The notes beneath the pieces were generated by a model. That model ran no database searches. It saw only the letters and a program-made list of their open reading frames with translations, and had not been told where the DNA came from. Shown here piece by piece: positions 55,828 to 64,000 of a stretch of 64,000 nt of DNA; the stretch's first letter is position 1; each line of letters starts with the position of its first letter. The DNA is from Candidatus Marinacidobacterales bacterium (GTDB lineage Bacteria > Acidobacteriota > Vicinamibacteria > Marinacidobacterales > SMYC01), in assembly GCA_965224085.1 (NCBI GenBank), contig CBDCYI010000004.1:1344001-1408000 (forward strand). Direction: 5' to 3'. Made by a program: the position numbers and the translations under genes.

Positions 55828-55967
55828 GTCGTATCTCCTTTTTTAGAGCTGGGTCATGCCGCCATCCACGACGAGCTCGGCTCCGAGCACGTAGGACGAC
55901 GCCGATGAGGACAAGAACAGGACGGCTTCGGCGATCTCGTCCGCCGAGCCCATGCGCTTCATGGGAA

Positions 55968-56040
55968 GTGAACAACCACCGCCTAGAAGGCGGTGGCTTC
56001 AAGGGCTGTCAATTGGAAATTGACTGTCGTCGTGAAGAGG
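55968..56040 (-). mobile_element. 73-bp IS200/IS605-type right-end remnant or MITE
   Basis: CCACCGCCTTCTAGGCGGTGG hairpin followed by TTGTTCAC terminus. Confidence 0.7.
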
Positions 56041-56052
56041 CTCGCCAGAAAC

Positions 56053-57291
56053 TCAGGGTGTAGCGTTGGCAAGAGGTGTGAGAGTGACGTCAAAACCGAG
56101 CTCCCTTAGGCGTCGTGTCATTCGTATTGTGAGCTGTTCCTTGTCGCGTTGATGGAAGTAATCGGCACCCAGTTCCCGGTATGGAATCTCATTGTGGAGC
56201 ATGTAGTAGACGGCGGTGATGATGGAGGCGGCGACGGCGACGACAGCTTTCTTGGGGCCCCGACGAGATTTGAGCCGGAAGAACTGGGCACGCAGATAGC
56301 TGTCGCGCTTGCGGCTTGCCGCCCAAGCGGCTTGGACAAGAGCGGTCTTGAGCCATGGAGCCCCTTTGCGGGTTTTCTGAGAAAAGCGTTTACCGGCACT
56401 CTCATGAAGCCGTGGGCATAGACCGGCCCAAGAGCGAAGGTGTCCGGCCGTTGGGAATGCCGAGACATCGGGTCCGATCTCGGCGACGAGAATGGCCGCC
56501 GTGGCTTCACTGATGCCCGGGATCGTCACCAGAAGCTCGACGGCCGATCGAAAAGGGCGCAGGCTCTCTGTGATACGGGATTCGAGCGCGCTCACTGAGG
56601 CTTCAAGCTGCTCGATATGATTGAGATGAAAACCCAACAGGAAACGATGATGGTCGGTAACGTAGCCCTCGAGCGCTGCGCTCAATTCCTGTTCAGTGGC
56701 TTTGAGTCGGCTTGAGCCCAGCTCACTCAGCTTGTGAGGGTCGCTTTCTCCCGCAATGATCGCTCGGAGAATCGCCCGCCCGCTTACTCCCAAAATCGTG
56801 CTAATCACGCTCGTCAATTTGATGTTCGCGTCTTCCAACGTCTTTTGAATTCGCTGGGTCTCCCGAGCGATTTCTCGAACGAACTGCTTTCGCGTTCGGG
56901 TCAGCTCTCGCAGTTCCTGGATCGGCGTTGGCGGAACGAAGCTAGCTCGAATGAGACCATGGGCAAGCAAATCCGCTATCCACAAGGCATCACTGATATC
57001 GCTCTTACGACCCGGCATGTTCTTGACGTGGGCCGGTTGTGCCAACACCAACTCAAAATGACCTTCGAGCACATGCCACACCGGCTTCCAATACACTCCG
57101 GTCGCTTCCATCGCTACAATCGTGCAACCGCACTGCCCCAGCCAATCCAACATTTCCAGCAATTCGCTCGTGGCCGTGCCGAACACACGCGTCTCGCGCA
57201 CCACCTTCCGCTTCGTCGCTACCCGCACGCAAGCCGTAATCGATTTCTGGTGGACGTCCAATCCGGCGCATCGCTTATGAACCACTCTCAT
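56053..57291 (-). CDS. IS110 DEDD recombinase
   Basis: AGLDVH, MEATGVYW, KSDISDA, TIPGI, ESAGK. Confidence 0.96.
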   Translation of the reverse strand: MRVVHKRCAGLDVHQKSITACVRVATKRKVVRETRVFGTATSELLEMLDWLGQCGCTIVAMEATGVYWKPVWHVLEGHFELVLAQPAHVKNMPGRKSDISDALWIADLLAHGLIRASFVPPTPIQELRELTRTRKQFVREIARETQRIQKTLEDANIKLTSVISTILGVSGRAILRAIIAGESDPHKLSELGSSRLKATEQELSAALEGYVTDHHRFLLGFHLNHIEQLEASVSALESRITESLRPFRSAVELLVTIPGISEATAAILVAEIGPDVSAFPTAGHLRSWAGLCPRLHESAGKRFSQKTRKGAPWLKTALVQAAWAASRKRDSYLRAQFFRLKSRRGPKKAVVAVAASIITAVYYMLHNEIPYRELGADYFHQRDKEQLTIRMTRRLRELGFDVTLTPLANATP

Positions 57292-57299
57292 CGCAGCCT

Positions 57300-57500
57300 C
57301 CTTCACGTCGCACCGGCGTGGAGCCCACGAACTTGTAATCTAATAGACGCGCTCAACTATCCCAGCTGGAATAGAAAACGCAATTTGGGGTACGCGCAGG
57401 ACTCCCAGCCAAACTTGACAACGGGCTCAGTCGCACCAACGTTAAGCCGACCTCTGAGCCGGTGCCACCTTCACAGACTACCGCGTTTCATTCATTCGGG
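57300..57500 (-). ncRNA. Putative IS110 bridge RNA (boundaries approximate)
   Basis: Stems GCACCGGC/GCCGGTGC and GAGCCC/GGGCTC; internal TGTCAAG matches the insertion flank. Confidence 0.6.
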
Positions 57501-58170
57501 GTGGCCGTCAGGCCGTGGAAAACTTGACACAAAATGCCTTGCGCCATCTTCTCTAGCTCTTCCTCGGGTATATCGAACTTGCCGAAGATCGGAGTCTCGA
57601 TAGGGCCGGGGCTCACGACGTTGACTCGGATGCCGCGCTCGACGAGTTCGGCGGAAAGACCCCGCGCTAGATTCCGGACCGCCGCCTTGGTCGCGGAATA
57701 GACGGATAGTCCCGCGACGCCCGTTTGGTCGGCGATCGAAGCGTTCAGAACGATGGCCGCACCCTCGTTCAGCCGAGGAAGCGCTTTTTGGACCGTGAAG
57801 AAAGCCCCTTTGACGTTGATGTCGAACTGGCGGTCGAAAAACTCCTCGCTGACGTTCCCAAGCGGCGCCGCTTGAGCGATGCCCGCGTTCACGAAGAGTG
57901 CGTCGATCCCCTTGCCACGCTTGCCGACCTCGGCGAACAAGCGGTCGAGGTCTTTGAGATTGGCCACATCCCCCTGGACGCCGTGGCCATGTCCGTTCAG
58001 AGAGGCTACGGCATGGTCGAGGGTCTCTTGGTTGCGGCCGAAAACCACGACGTCGGCGCCTTCACGCGCAAAAGCCTGAGCGGCAGCGAGACCGATCCCG
58101 CTATTGCCACCGGTGACGACCGTCAATTTCTTCTCGAAACGTTCCATCGTTCTCCTCCGTTTGCTGATGA

Positions 58171-58192
58171 TTATTGATTGAATGGTCAATAA
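58171..58192. promoter_or_regulatory. Probable TetR operator upstream of the SDR gene
   Basis: TTATTGA-N8-TCAATAA palindrome. Confidence 0.65.
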
Positions 58193-58209
58193 GTGGTCAA
58201 ATTTTTTTC

Positions 58210-58782
58210 CTAGTGAAGCAGGGCGCGCACGGCCGAGATGGCGTCGCGCTTATACGCCGGTCCTTGAACTTTGGCGACGACGGAAAGCCCTTGCCCCAGC
58301 GTCGTGAGCAGCCGCGCGATCGCTTTCACGTCGCGATCTTCGGGAAGCTCTCCCGCGTCGCGAGCCTTTTCGAGCGTCCGCCGAAACGCGCGCTCGATGC
58401 ATCCGAGAATCTTTGCCATGAAGGGCTCGAGCTCCGGCTCGCGGGCGCCGAGCTCCGCGAGCGAGTTAGAAAGAAAGCATCCGCGCTTGTTCTGCGCGGC
58501 GCCCCACATATCGAGCACCGCCTCGATGTTCGAGATGGGGGAGCCCTCGGTGCCGAGCTGCACGATGATAGGGTCGAGATAGAGCTTGCGATATCGTTCG
58601 AGAGACTTCTCGAAGAGCTCCCGTTTGTCCCCGAAAGCGTTATAGAGGCTTTGGCGGCCAAGTCCAGTGCACGCCTCGAGCTCCGAAAGCCCGGTCTTTT
58701 CGAATCCCTTTTCCCAGAACTTCTCCATGCAAGCTCCGAGCGCTTGCTCTCGGTCGAATTCTGGAGGCCGTCCGCGCGTCAT
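58210..58782 (-). CDS. TetR-family regulator
   Basis: RGRPPEF...FWEKGF..T...SLYNAFGDK; GCFLSN. Confidence 0.92.
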   Translation of the reverse strand: MTRGRPPEFDREQALGACMEKFWEKGFEKTGLSELEACTGLGRQSLYNAFGDKRELFEKSLERYRKLYLDPIIVQLGTEGSPISNIEAVLDMWGAAQNKRGCFLSNSLAELGAREPELEPFMAKILGCIERAFRRTLEKARDAGELPEDRDVKAIARLLTTLGQGLSVVAKVQGPAYKRDAISAVRALLH

Positions 58783-58798
58783 GATCTCAGTCTAGCCA

Positions 58799-58820
58799 TT
58801 ATTGACTGGTCTGTCAAGAA
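58799..58820. promoter_or_regulatory. Probable TetR autoregulatory operator
   Basis: TTATTGACTGGTCTGTCAAGAA (TTGAC-N6-GTCAA). Confidence 0.65.
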
Positions 58821-58892
58821 ATACCGGGCGAAACACACGGAAGCCAAATCTACATAGGTTGAGCCTCGATTCGCTCGCGGTTAAGGTCCCGC

Positions 58893-59777
58893 ATGATGAC
58901 TCGACAGCTCTCGATCGCTGCTTTGATGATCTTCGCAGCCTGCGCGACGTCTAGCGAGCCGCCGCTCGCAGTCGAGGTCGAGCTCGGACGATGCACGGAG
59001 CGCAGCACAACCAAGTATGACGACGTCTCGATCCGCTCGCTTCACATCCCGATGCGAAACGGCGTCCGCATCGCGGTGGACCTCGTGCTGCCGGATCCGC
59101 TTCCCGAAGGCGTCAAGCTCCCCGCGATCTTGACGATGATCCGCTATTGGCGCTCGTTCGAAGCGGACGGTGCGAATGCCGTCCAGCGGTTCTTCGCTAC
59201 GCGCGGCTACGCGGTCATCACGGGGGACAGGCGCCTTATTCGGCACCTGGCCCTATCATCGCGCGCTCGATGAGACCAAGGACTTCGGTGAGATCGTGGA
59301 CTGGATCGTCGACCAGCCGTGGTCGAGCGGCATCGTTGGCGGTTTCGGCACGTCCTATACCGCGAACACCGCGGATTGGTTGTCGCAGAACAACCATCCC
59401 GCCGTGAAGGCCATCATACCGCGCTTTCCTGACTTCGATCCGTATGCGGACCTCTATTTTCCCGGCGGCATCTTTCACGTTGCTTTCGGCAAAGGTTGGG
59501 GCGCAGCCGTCAAGGAGATGGACTTGAAGGCCCGCATCATTCTTACTTGTCGAAAGACGCGGCCCCGATGGTCCCCGGTGAGGTTTTCGAGGTCGCGATC
59601 GGCCTTCACCCGACGTCCGTCCTGTTGCGCAAGGGCCACCGTATCCGCATCGCGATTGCGGGCGCTGACAAGGACACCTTCACTCGTATTCCGGAGAGCG
59701 GAACGCCCAGTTGGACGATCGAGCGCAGTGAAGCTCGGCCGTCTCACGTCGAGCTTCCGATGCGCGAGCGGCCGTGA
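58893..59777 (+). pseudogene. CocE/NonD-family hydrolase with frameshifts and large internal deletion
   Basis: PMRNGVRIAVD, QPWSSG..G.SY, then jumps to C-terminal GHRIRIAIAGAD. Confidence 0.85.
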
Positions 59778-59795
59778 TCGACCTGATAGAAACCA

Positions 59796-60583
59796 ATGTT
59801 CACGAGAACTTTGACACGCTGTCTTCTGTTGAGTCCGTGCCTTGCTTGGAACTTGACCCTGGGTGCGGCGGTCGCCAGCCCGAAACCTTGTAGCGATTTT
59901 GTTCAGTGGCTTCAGCACGAGAAGCCGGAGAGTAACCCTCGCTTACTCGTCGCTCGGTTTCGTGATCATCTGCTCAGCTCTGGAAGCGGCCCAGCGGACG
60001 TTGAACGCACAATGCTCCAGGTGTGGCGTTGCGCCTTTCAAGACCGGGAGGCCCTCCGGCTGTTGTGGAATAGTGTCTATGCTGGTGACGATCCGATCTT
60101 CCTAGACGCGCCGAACAGGCTTCTCGTGGAAGTAGCCGAACAGCGGTCCCCCGGTGCGGCGCTCGATGTAGGATGGGTCAAGGACGGAATTCAATTTATC
60201 TGGCGCTGGACGGCTGGTGCGTGACGGGGATTGACCCATCCGACGAGAGTATTCGTAGGGCTCGCGCCGCCGCTGCCAGAGCGGATGTCGAGATTACGAC
60301 GGCGGTGGCAGCGGACGACGAGTTTGATTTTGGAACGGAGAGGTGGGACCTCATCGTTGTGACGTACGTCAAAACCCTCGCGGAGAAGGACGCGGAAAGG
60401 ATCGCGCGCGCGCTGCGTCGTGGCGGCGTCTTGGTTTACGAAAACGGCGCTGCCGATGATAGCCAAGTGCTTCAGGCGTTTGCGAATTTCCGAATCCTTC
60501 GATTTGAGGATGCGCTGGACTACGCGGATTGGAATCCGAACGAGAAAATGAGGATTTATCGGTTGGTTGCTCAACGAAGGTGA
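59796..60583 (+). pseudogene. Secreted class I SAM methyltransferase, frameshift near 60172
   Basis: PNRLL...ALDVG / MGQGRNSIYLA..GW. Confidence 0.8.
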
Positions 60584-60593
60584 TCGGTCTGGC

Positions 60594-60653
60594 GTCCACC
60601 GGCAGCTGGAGCCAACGATCTCTGCCGCCCGCAGCTCAGTTTTTCGGTTAGAC
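60594..60653 (+). other. Degenerate attC site
   Basis: GTCCA(A)CCGGCAGCTGGAGC ... GCTCAGTTTTTCGGTTAGAC; GTTRRRY core and bulged base in the L box. Confidence 0.65.
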
Positions 60654-60665
60654 GGACTTGATGCA

Positions 60666-61034
60666 ATGGCAAAACTTTCTAGCCTCGCGCTCGCCGCTGT
60701 GGTGGCGGCCTGCCTGTTGTTTGTTGCCAACCGACTGGTGAATCCGGTTCCGATCCCTGCCGTCGGTGTAATTGTCGGCGGCTTGATCGGCTTCTCCATG
60801 CGCAAGGGCTCGTTGTGGCTCGTAATCAGCGGCTCTACCGGTTGCCTAATCGGAGCGGGCGTCCATGCGTACTCCCATTTCGCCGAAGGACGGGTTCAGT
60901 CCGCATCGCAGCTCATTTCCCACGTTCTGGGAGATACCGGCGTTGGTATACTGATCGGCACCGCGGTGCTTGGCGCTGTCAAAGCGACCAACTCGCTCGT
61001 GCGGCGGTCTCAATCCCAGGATGCGGCCGTCTAA
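60666..61034 (+). CDS. Small membrane protein gene cassette
   Basis: Framed by GTTAGAC (60647) and the complementary GTCTAAC (61029) that contains its stop codon. Confidence 0.75.
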   Translation: MAKLSSLALAAVVAACLLFVANRLVNPVPIPAVGVIVGGLIGFSMRKGSLWLVISGSTGCLIGAGVHAYSHFAEGRVQSASQLISHVLGDTGVGILIGTAVLGAVKATNSLVRRSQSQDAAV

Positions 61035-61059
61035 CCGAGATGGAAGTCCGCTGCGCCAG

Positions 61060-61285
61060 TCCAGGTGGCTGTTCTCGTCACGACGTGGGATCGCCAGCTG
61101 AGCGTCCAGAACAAGTTCCGCGCGGTTTTAATTCTCCACGAAATCGTCGTCCAACGAGCGATCCGCGACGCCGTACGCATGGCCGGCCCCGCCAGGAGCT
61201 GCCTGGCCACAGCAACGTCAGCACCGCCATGATCTACTGTCACTTTCTAAACCGTGGAGGCCGAGGCGTTAAAAGTCCTCTAGAC
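61060..61285 (+). pseudogene. intI: Integron integrase C-terminal remnant with internal deletion
   Basis: WLFS..., [49 protein letters not shown]. Confidence 0.85.
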
Positions 61286-61707
61286 TGTCATTTCAGGAAC
61301 ATGACCCCACCTTTTCAGAGACATGACTCCGGGGTCAAAGGCCTACCCTAGAATCAATACCACAACTTCCTCGGGTCTGTACTAGATCTCTTCCGTCGAG
61401 GATAGAGAATCGACGTCCGGGGTGTCGGAGGGAGCGGGCCAAATAAGAGAAGCGAAGCTTCCTTCCCGCTCCCGGAGACAGCCCGGACGTCGGCGCCGAG
61501 GGGGGTACCCCAGGTATTGGCCGCTCGACGAGAGGCTGCTCCCGGGCGATGGTGGGGCTTGTTTTCGCGCTTCGTTGGTCGAATACGCACGGTGCCGCTG
61601 CTCATCGCACCGTTATCGGGATGAGGCACCCGCAACGCGCCCTCGTACTCAGAGTGCGGTTCGTGCGCGTAGGACTGATGCGGGTATACTGAGAGCCGGG
61701 GTTCGAC

Positions 61708-61944
61708 ATGGCCAAACGTATTGAGATCCCACCAGCGGGATTTGACAATTTGTCGGTCGACGAACAGATCGACTATGTGCAGGACCTCTGGGGCTGGATC
61801 GTCGCAAGACCCGAGGATGTGCCTGTTCTCGATTGGCAGAAAGAACTCATTGACGAGCGTTTACGTCAACATGAAGCCAATCCTGAAGACACGGCCCCCT
61901 GGAAGGAAGTGCGCGCGCGCCTTTTGGAGAAGTACTCGACCTAG
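61708..61944 (+). CDS. Addiction-module antitoxin (TIGR02574-like)
   Basis: LSVDEQIDYVQDLW...WQKELIDERL...WKEVRARL; TATACT at 61685. Confidence 0.88.
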   Translation: MAKRIEIPPAGFDNLSVDEQIDYVQDLWGWIVARPEDVPVLDWQKELIDERLRQHEANPEDTAPWKEVRARLLEKYST

Positions 61945-61950
61945 AGCGGA

Positions 61951-62244
61951 ATGAGTCGCCGACTTGTTCTGCGAGTTCAGGCCGAGGTCGACATCGATGA
62001 GGCAGCCTCCTGGTACGAGGTTGAGAGGGCTGGACTCGGCGTCAATTTCATCCAAGATGTGAACTTTCTGTTGGAGAGAGTGGAAGAGAACCCTTTTCAG
62101 TTCCCAGTCGTTCACGGCGAAACGAGACGCGCGATGACGAAGCGTTTCCCGTACGGAGTCTTTTTCACCGTCGACGACGAAGAGATTCTAGTCCTGGCGG
62201 TTGTGCATCTGCATCGCCATCCCGATGCATGGAAGAAGCGTTGA
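61951..62244 (+). CDS. RelE/ParE-family toxin
   Basis: AEVDIDEAASWYE...GLG...RFPYGVFF...LAVVHLHRHP. Confidence 0.9.
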   Translation: MSRRLVLRVQAEVDIDEAASWYEVERAGLGVNFIQDVNFLLERVEENPFQFPVVHGETRRAMTKRFPYGVFFTVDDEEILVLAVVHLHRHPDAWKKR

Positions 62245-62261
62245 ACTCAAACTGAAGGACC

Positions 62262-62379
62262 TGATAACAATGAGTTCGAGCGGACGGCGCTGAGTCTTCC
62301 TCAAGCTCATGAATCGAATCGAGACGGCTGGGGCTTCGGCAACGTCTTCGCCGCGCCGCCGCTCAACTCACTGTTTAGC
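62262..62379 (+). other. attC site
   Basis: AACAATGAGTTCGAGCGGACGGCGC pairs with GCGCCGCCGCTCAACTCACTGTT leaving two extrahelical bases. Confidence 0.85.
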
Positions 62380-63930
62380 TTGCGACACGAAGTCGCATGA
62401 TCGCATGTGTGAGAAAGGACGAAAAGAAAGAGCACGTGGTGTATCCCCACCATCACCCTACGCGAGCGTGCGGGTTGCACGCAGTGCAACCGGTTCGAAG
62501 CCTCGCGGACGACGTAACGAATTGGGTTGATACCTGGCGACAGGCGAACCCCTCCGGAAGCTCCATCCGGTTAAGGGCTAGGGTTGGACGATATGGTGAG
62601 AATAATCGAAGGACCGCACGCACCGTCAGTGAGTCTAGACCTACGGGAGCTAACAGGTCGGAGGCATGCTTCCTTGTGTTCGCATGCGTGGCCAGGGTGC
62701 AGGTCTTTTAATTAACTGCCTGCATCGGGATCGTAGCGCGACCGGTGTCGAGGTCCCACCTAAGTTGTCCGAGAAAGTGATCACGTGGAACGTGGAAAAG
62801 TCGAGACTCCGCCGTGTGCCACGCATGGCAAGCCGACCGTAAGGCAGGCCGACGGAGGGGCGACGATAAGAGGTCGGAAGAAGCGAAAGCCGTTCTGTAA
62901 CGGGACGGATAGAGCATGGAATAAGGCTCAACGCGAAAACCAAAGGCATCCTGCCCCGGTGAAGCGCGTGCCCACGTCCGACAGGTGTTCCGTTGCGAGA
63001 GAAACTGAAGAATCTTCGTAGATGGGAAAGCAAAAGACGGCCTTGGCCGGTGCACCCAGAGATGACGCCGTGAAATGGACGATGGTCGATTGGAACCACG
63101 CCCCGGGCGAAGTCAGAAGACTGCAGACGCGTATCGCAAAGGCTGTGAAGGAGGGCCGGTGGAACAAGGTGTATGCCTTGCAACGCCTGCTCACCCGCTC
63201 GTCCTACGCCAAGCTCCTGGCGGTGAAACGAGTGACCTCGAACAAGGGAAAGAAAACTCCCGGCGTTGACGGCGTCCTGTGGCAAGGCGCTCGGGCCAAA
63301 TGGCGGGCGGCAACATGCCTGCGCCGACGTGGCTAAAAACCTCAGCTGCTGAGACGGGTCTATATCCTGAAGAAGAACGGCAAGAAACGCCCCCTATCGA
63401 TTCCCTGCATGCACGATCGAGCGATGCAGGCGTTGTACAAACTGGCGCTGGCACCGGTAGCGGAAACCACGGCCGACCGAAACTCATACGGGTTTCGGGA
63501 AAGCCGAGGCTGTGCCGATGCCGTAGCTGCAGCTTTCAACGCCTTGTCAAAGCCGAACTCGGCACCATGGGTACTCGAAGCGGATATTGCGGGCTGCTAT
63601 GACAACATCAGCCAGGGATGGATGCTGAACAACATCCCAGTGGACCGTGAAGTTCTTCGCAAGTGGCTCAGGGCAGGGTACGTTGAAAACGGCAGACTGT
63701 ATCCTTCGCGTAAAGGAACTCCGCAGGGTGGGATCATCAGTCCCACGCTCGCGAACATGACGCTAGATGGACTGGAGCGGGCCGTCCGCAACGCAGTTCC
63801 TCTTCGCTCTCGCGTCAACTTCGTCCCCTACGCCGACGATTTCATTGTGACAGGCAAATCCAAACGCCTGTTGGAAGAAAACGTTCGGCCAGCGGTTGAA
63901 GAGTTCCTCGCAGAGCGCGGCCTCACTCTA
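62380..63930 (+). mobile_element. Group II intron (probably CL/IIB class), 3'-truncated
   Basis: 5' end TTGCGACACG, ~640-nt structured leader, then RT ORF. Confidence 0.8.
63022..63930 (+). pseudogene. ltrA: Group II intron reverse transcriptase/maturase, in-frame TAA at 63334, truncated
   Basis: VDW...VRRLQTRI, TPGVDG, DRAMQAL, SYGFR, GTPQGGIISP, YADD; homology is lost after RGLTL. Confidence 0.92.
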
Positions 63931-64000
63931 CCCGGTCGGATGCTCTTTCTCTATAGGGTTGCTCTTGCATGCTATACGCCATTGGAGTATAGTTGATTGT

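Larger units (their letters stand above)
56041..57522 (-). mobile_element. IS110-family element
   Basis: AG dinucleotide at both junctions; ~230-bp upstream non-coding region. Confidence 0.85.
55843..58147 (-). pseudogene. SDR oxidoreductase split by IS110 plus a 73-bp IS200/605-type piece
   Basis: TGGNSGIG, NAG, YSATK; joining 57523 to 55967 gives QV|PMKRMG and a 249-aa ORF. Confidence 0.92.

Noticed and set aside
63022-63996. RT as a retron, DGR or defence RT
   Set aside because: Motifs (TPGVDG, SYGFR, GTPQGG, YADD) and the long leader fit a group II intron; no TR/VR pair or effector gene seen

Overview
GC-rich bacterial chromosomal window. Gene content suggests Acidobacteriota/Vicinamibacteria, which is inference only. 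An intact core (16.7-34 kb and 36.6-54 kb) holds an ECF/anti-sigma pair, an HNH nuclease, an ACP-FAAL-PlsC fusion, an M2 peptidase, wzm/wzt, rfaE2, mfd, two PPIases, dusB, actP, moaA, trxA and an ArsR/CDF pair; a second ECF/anti-sigma pair lies at 1-2 kb. It is interleaved with heavily decayed mobile-element zones. The most notable structures seen directly are: (1) a 445-bp transposase-free cassette with perfect 24-bp TIRs and an 8-bp TSD, carrying one membrane-protein gene and splitting a methyltransferase; (2) three partial copies of a tyrosine-recombinase + IS91-type (Y2) element whose ends are perfect 14-bp inverted repeats resembling integron core sites; (3) a ~2-kb relic island bounded by a diverged duplicate of the mfd 3' end; (4) an IS110 whose upstream non-coding region contains short segments matching its own reconstructed target, as expected of bridge-RNA guides; (5) a decayed integron with attC sites, an intI remnant and a TA cassette, with a group II intron starting right at an attC core. 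No CRISPR array, rRNA or tRNA was seen. All calls come from reading the sequence by eye; no searches were run.
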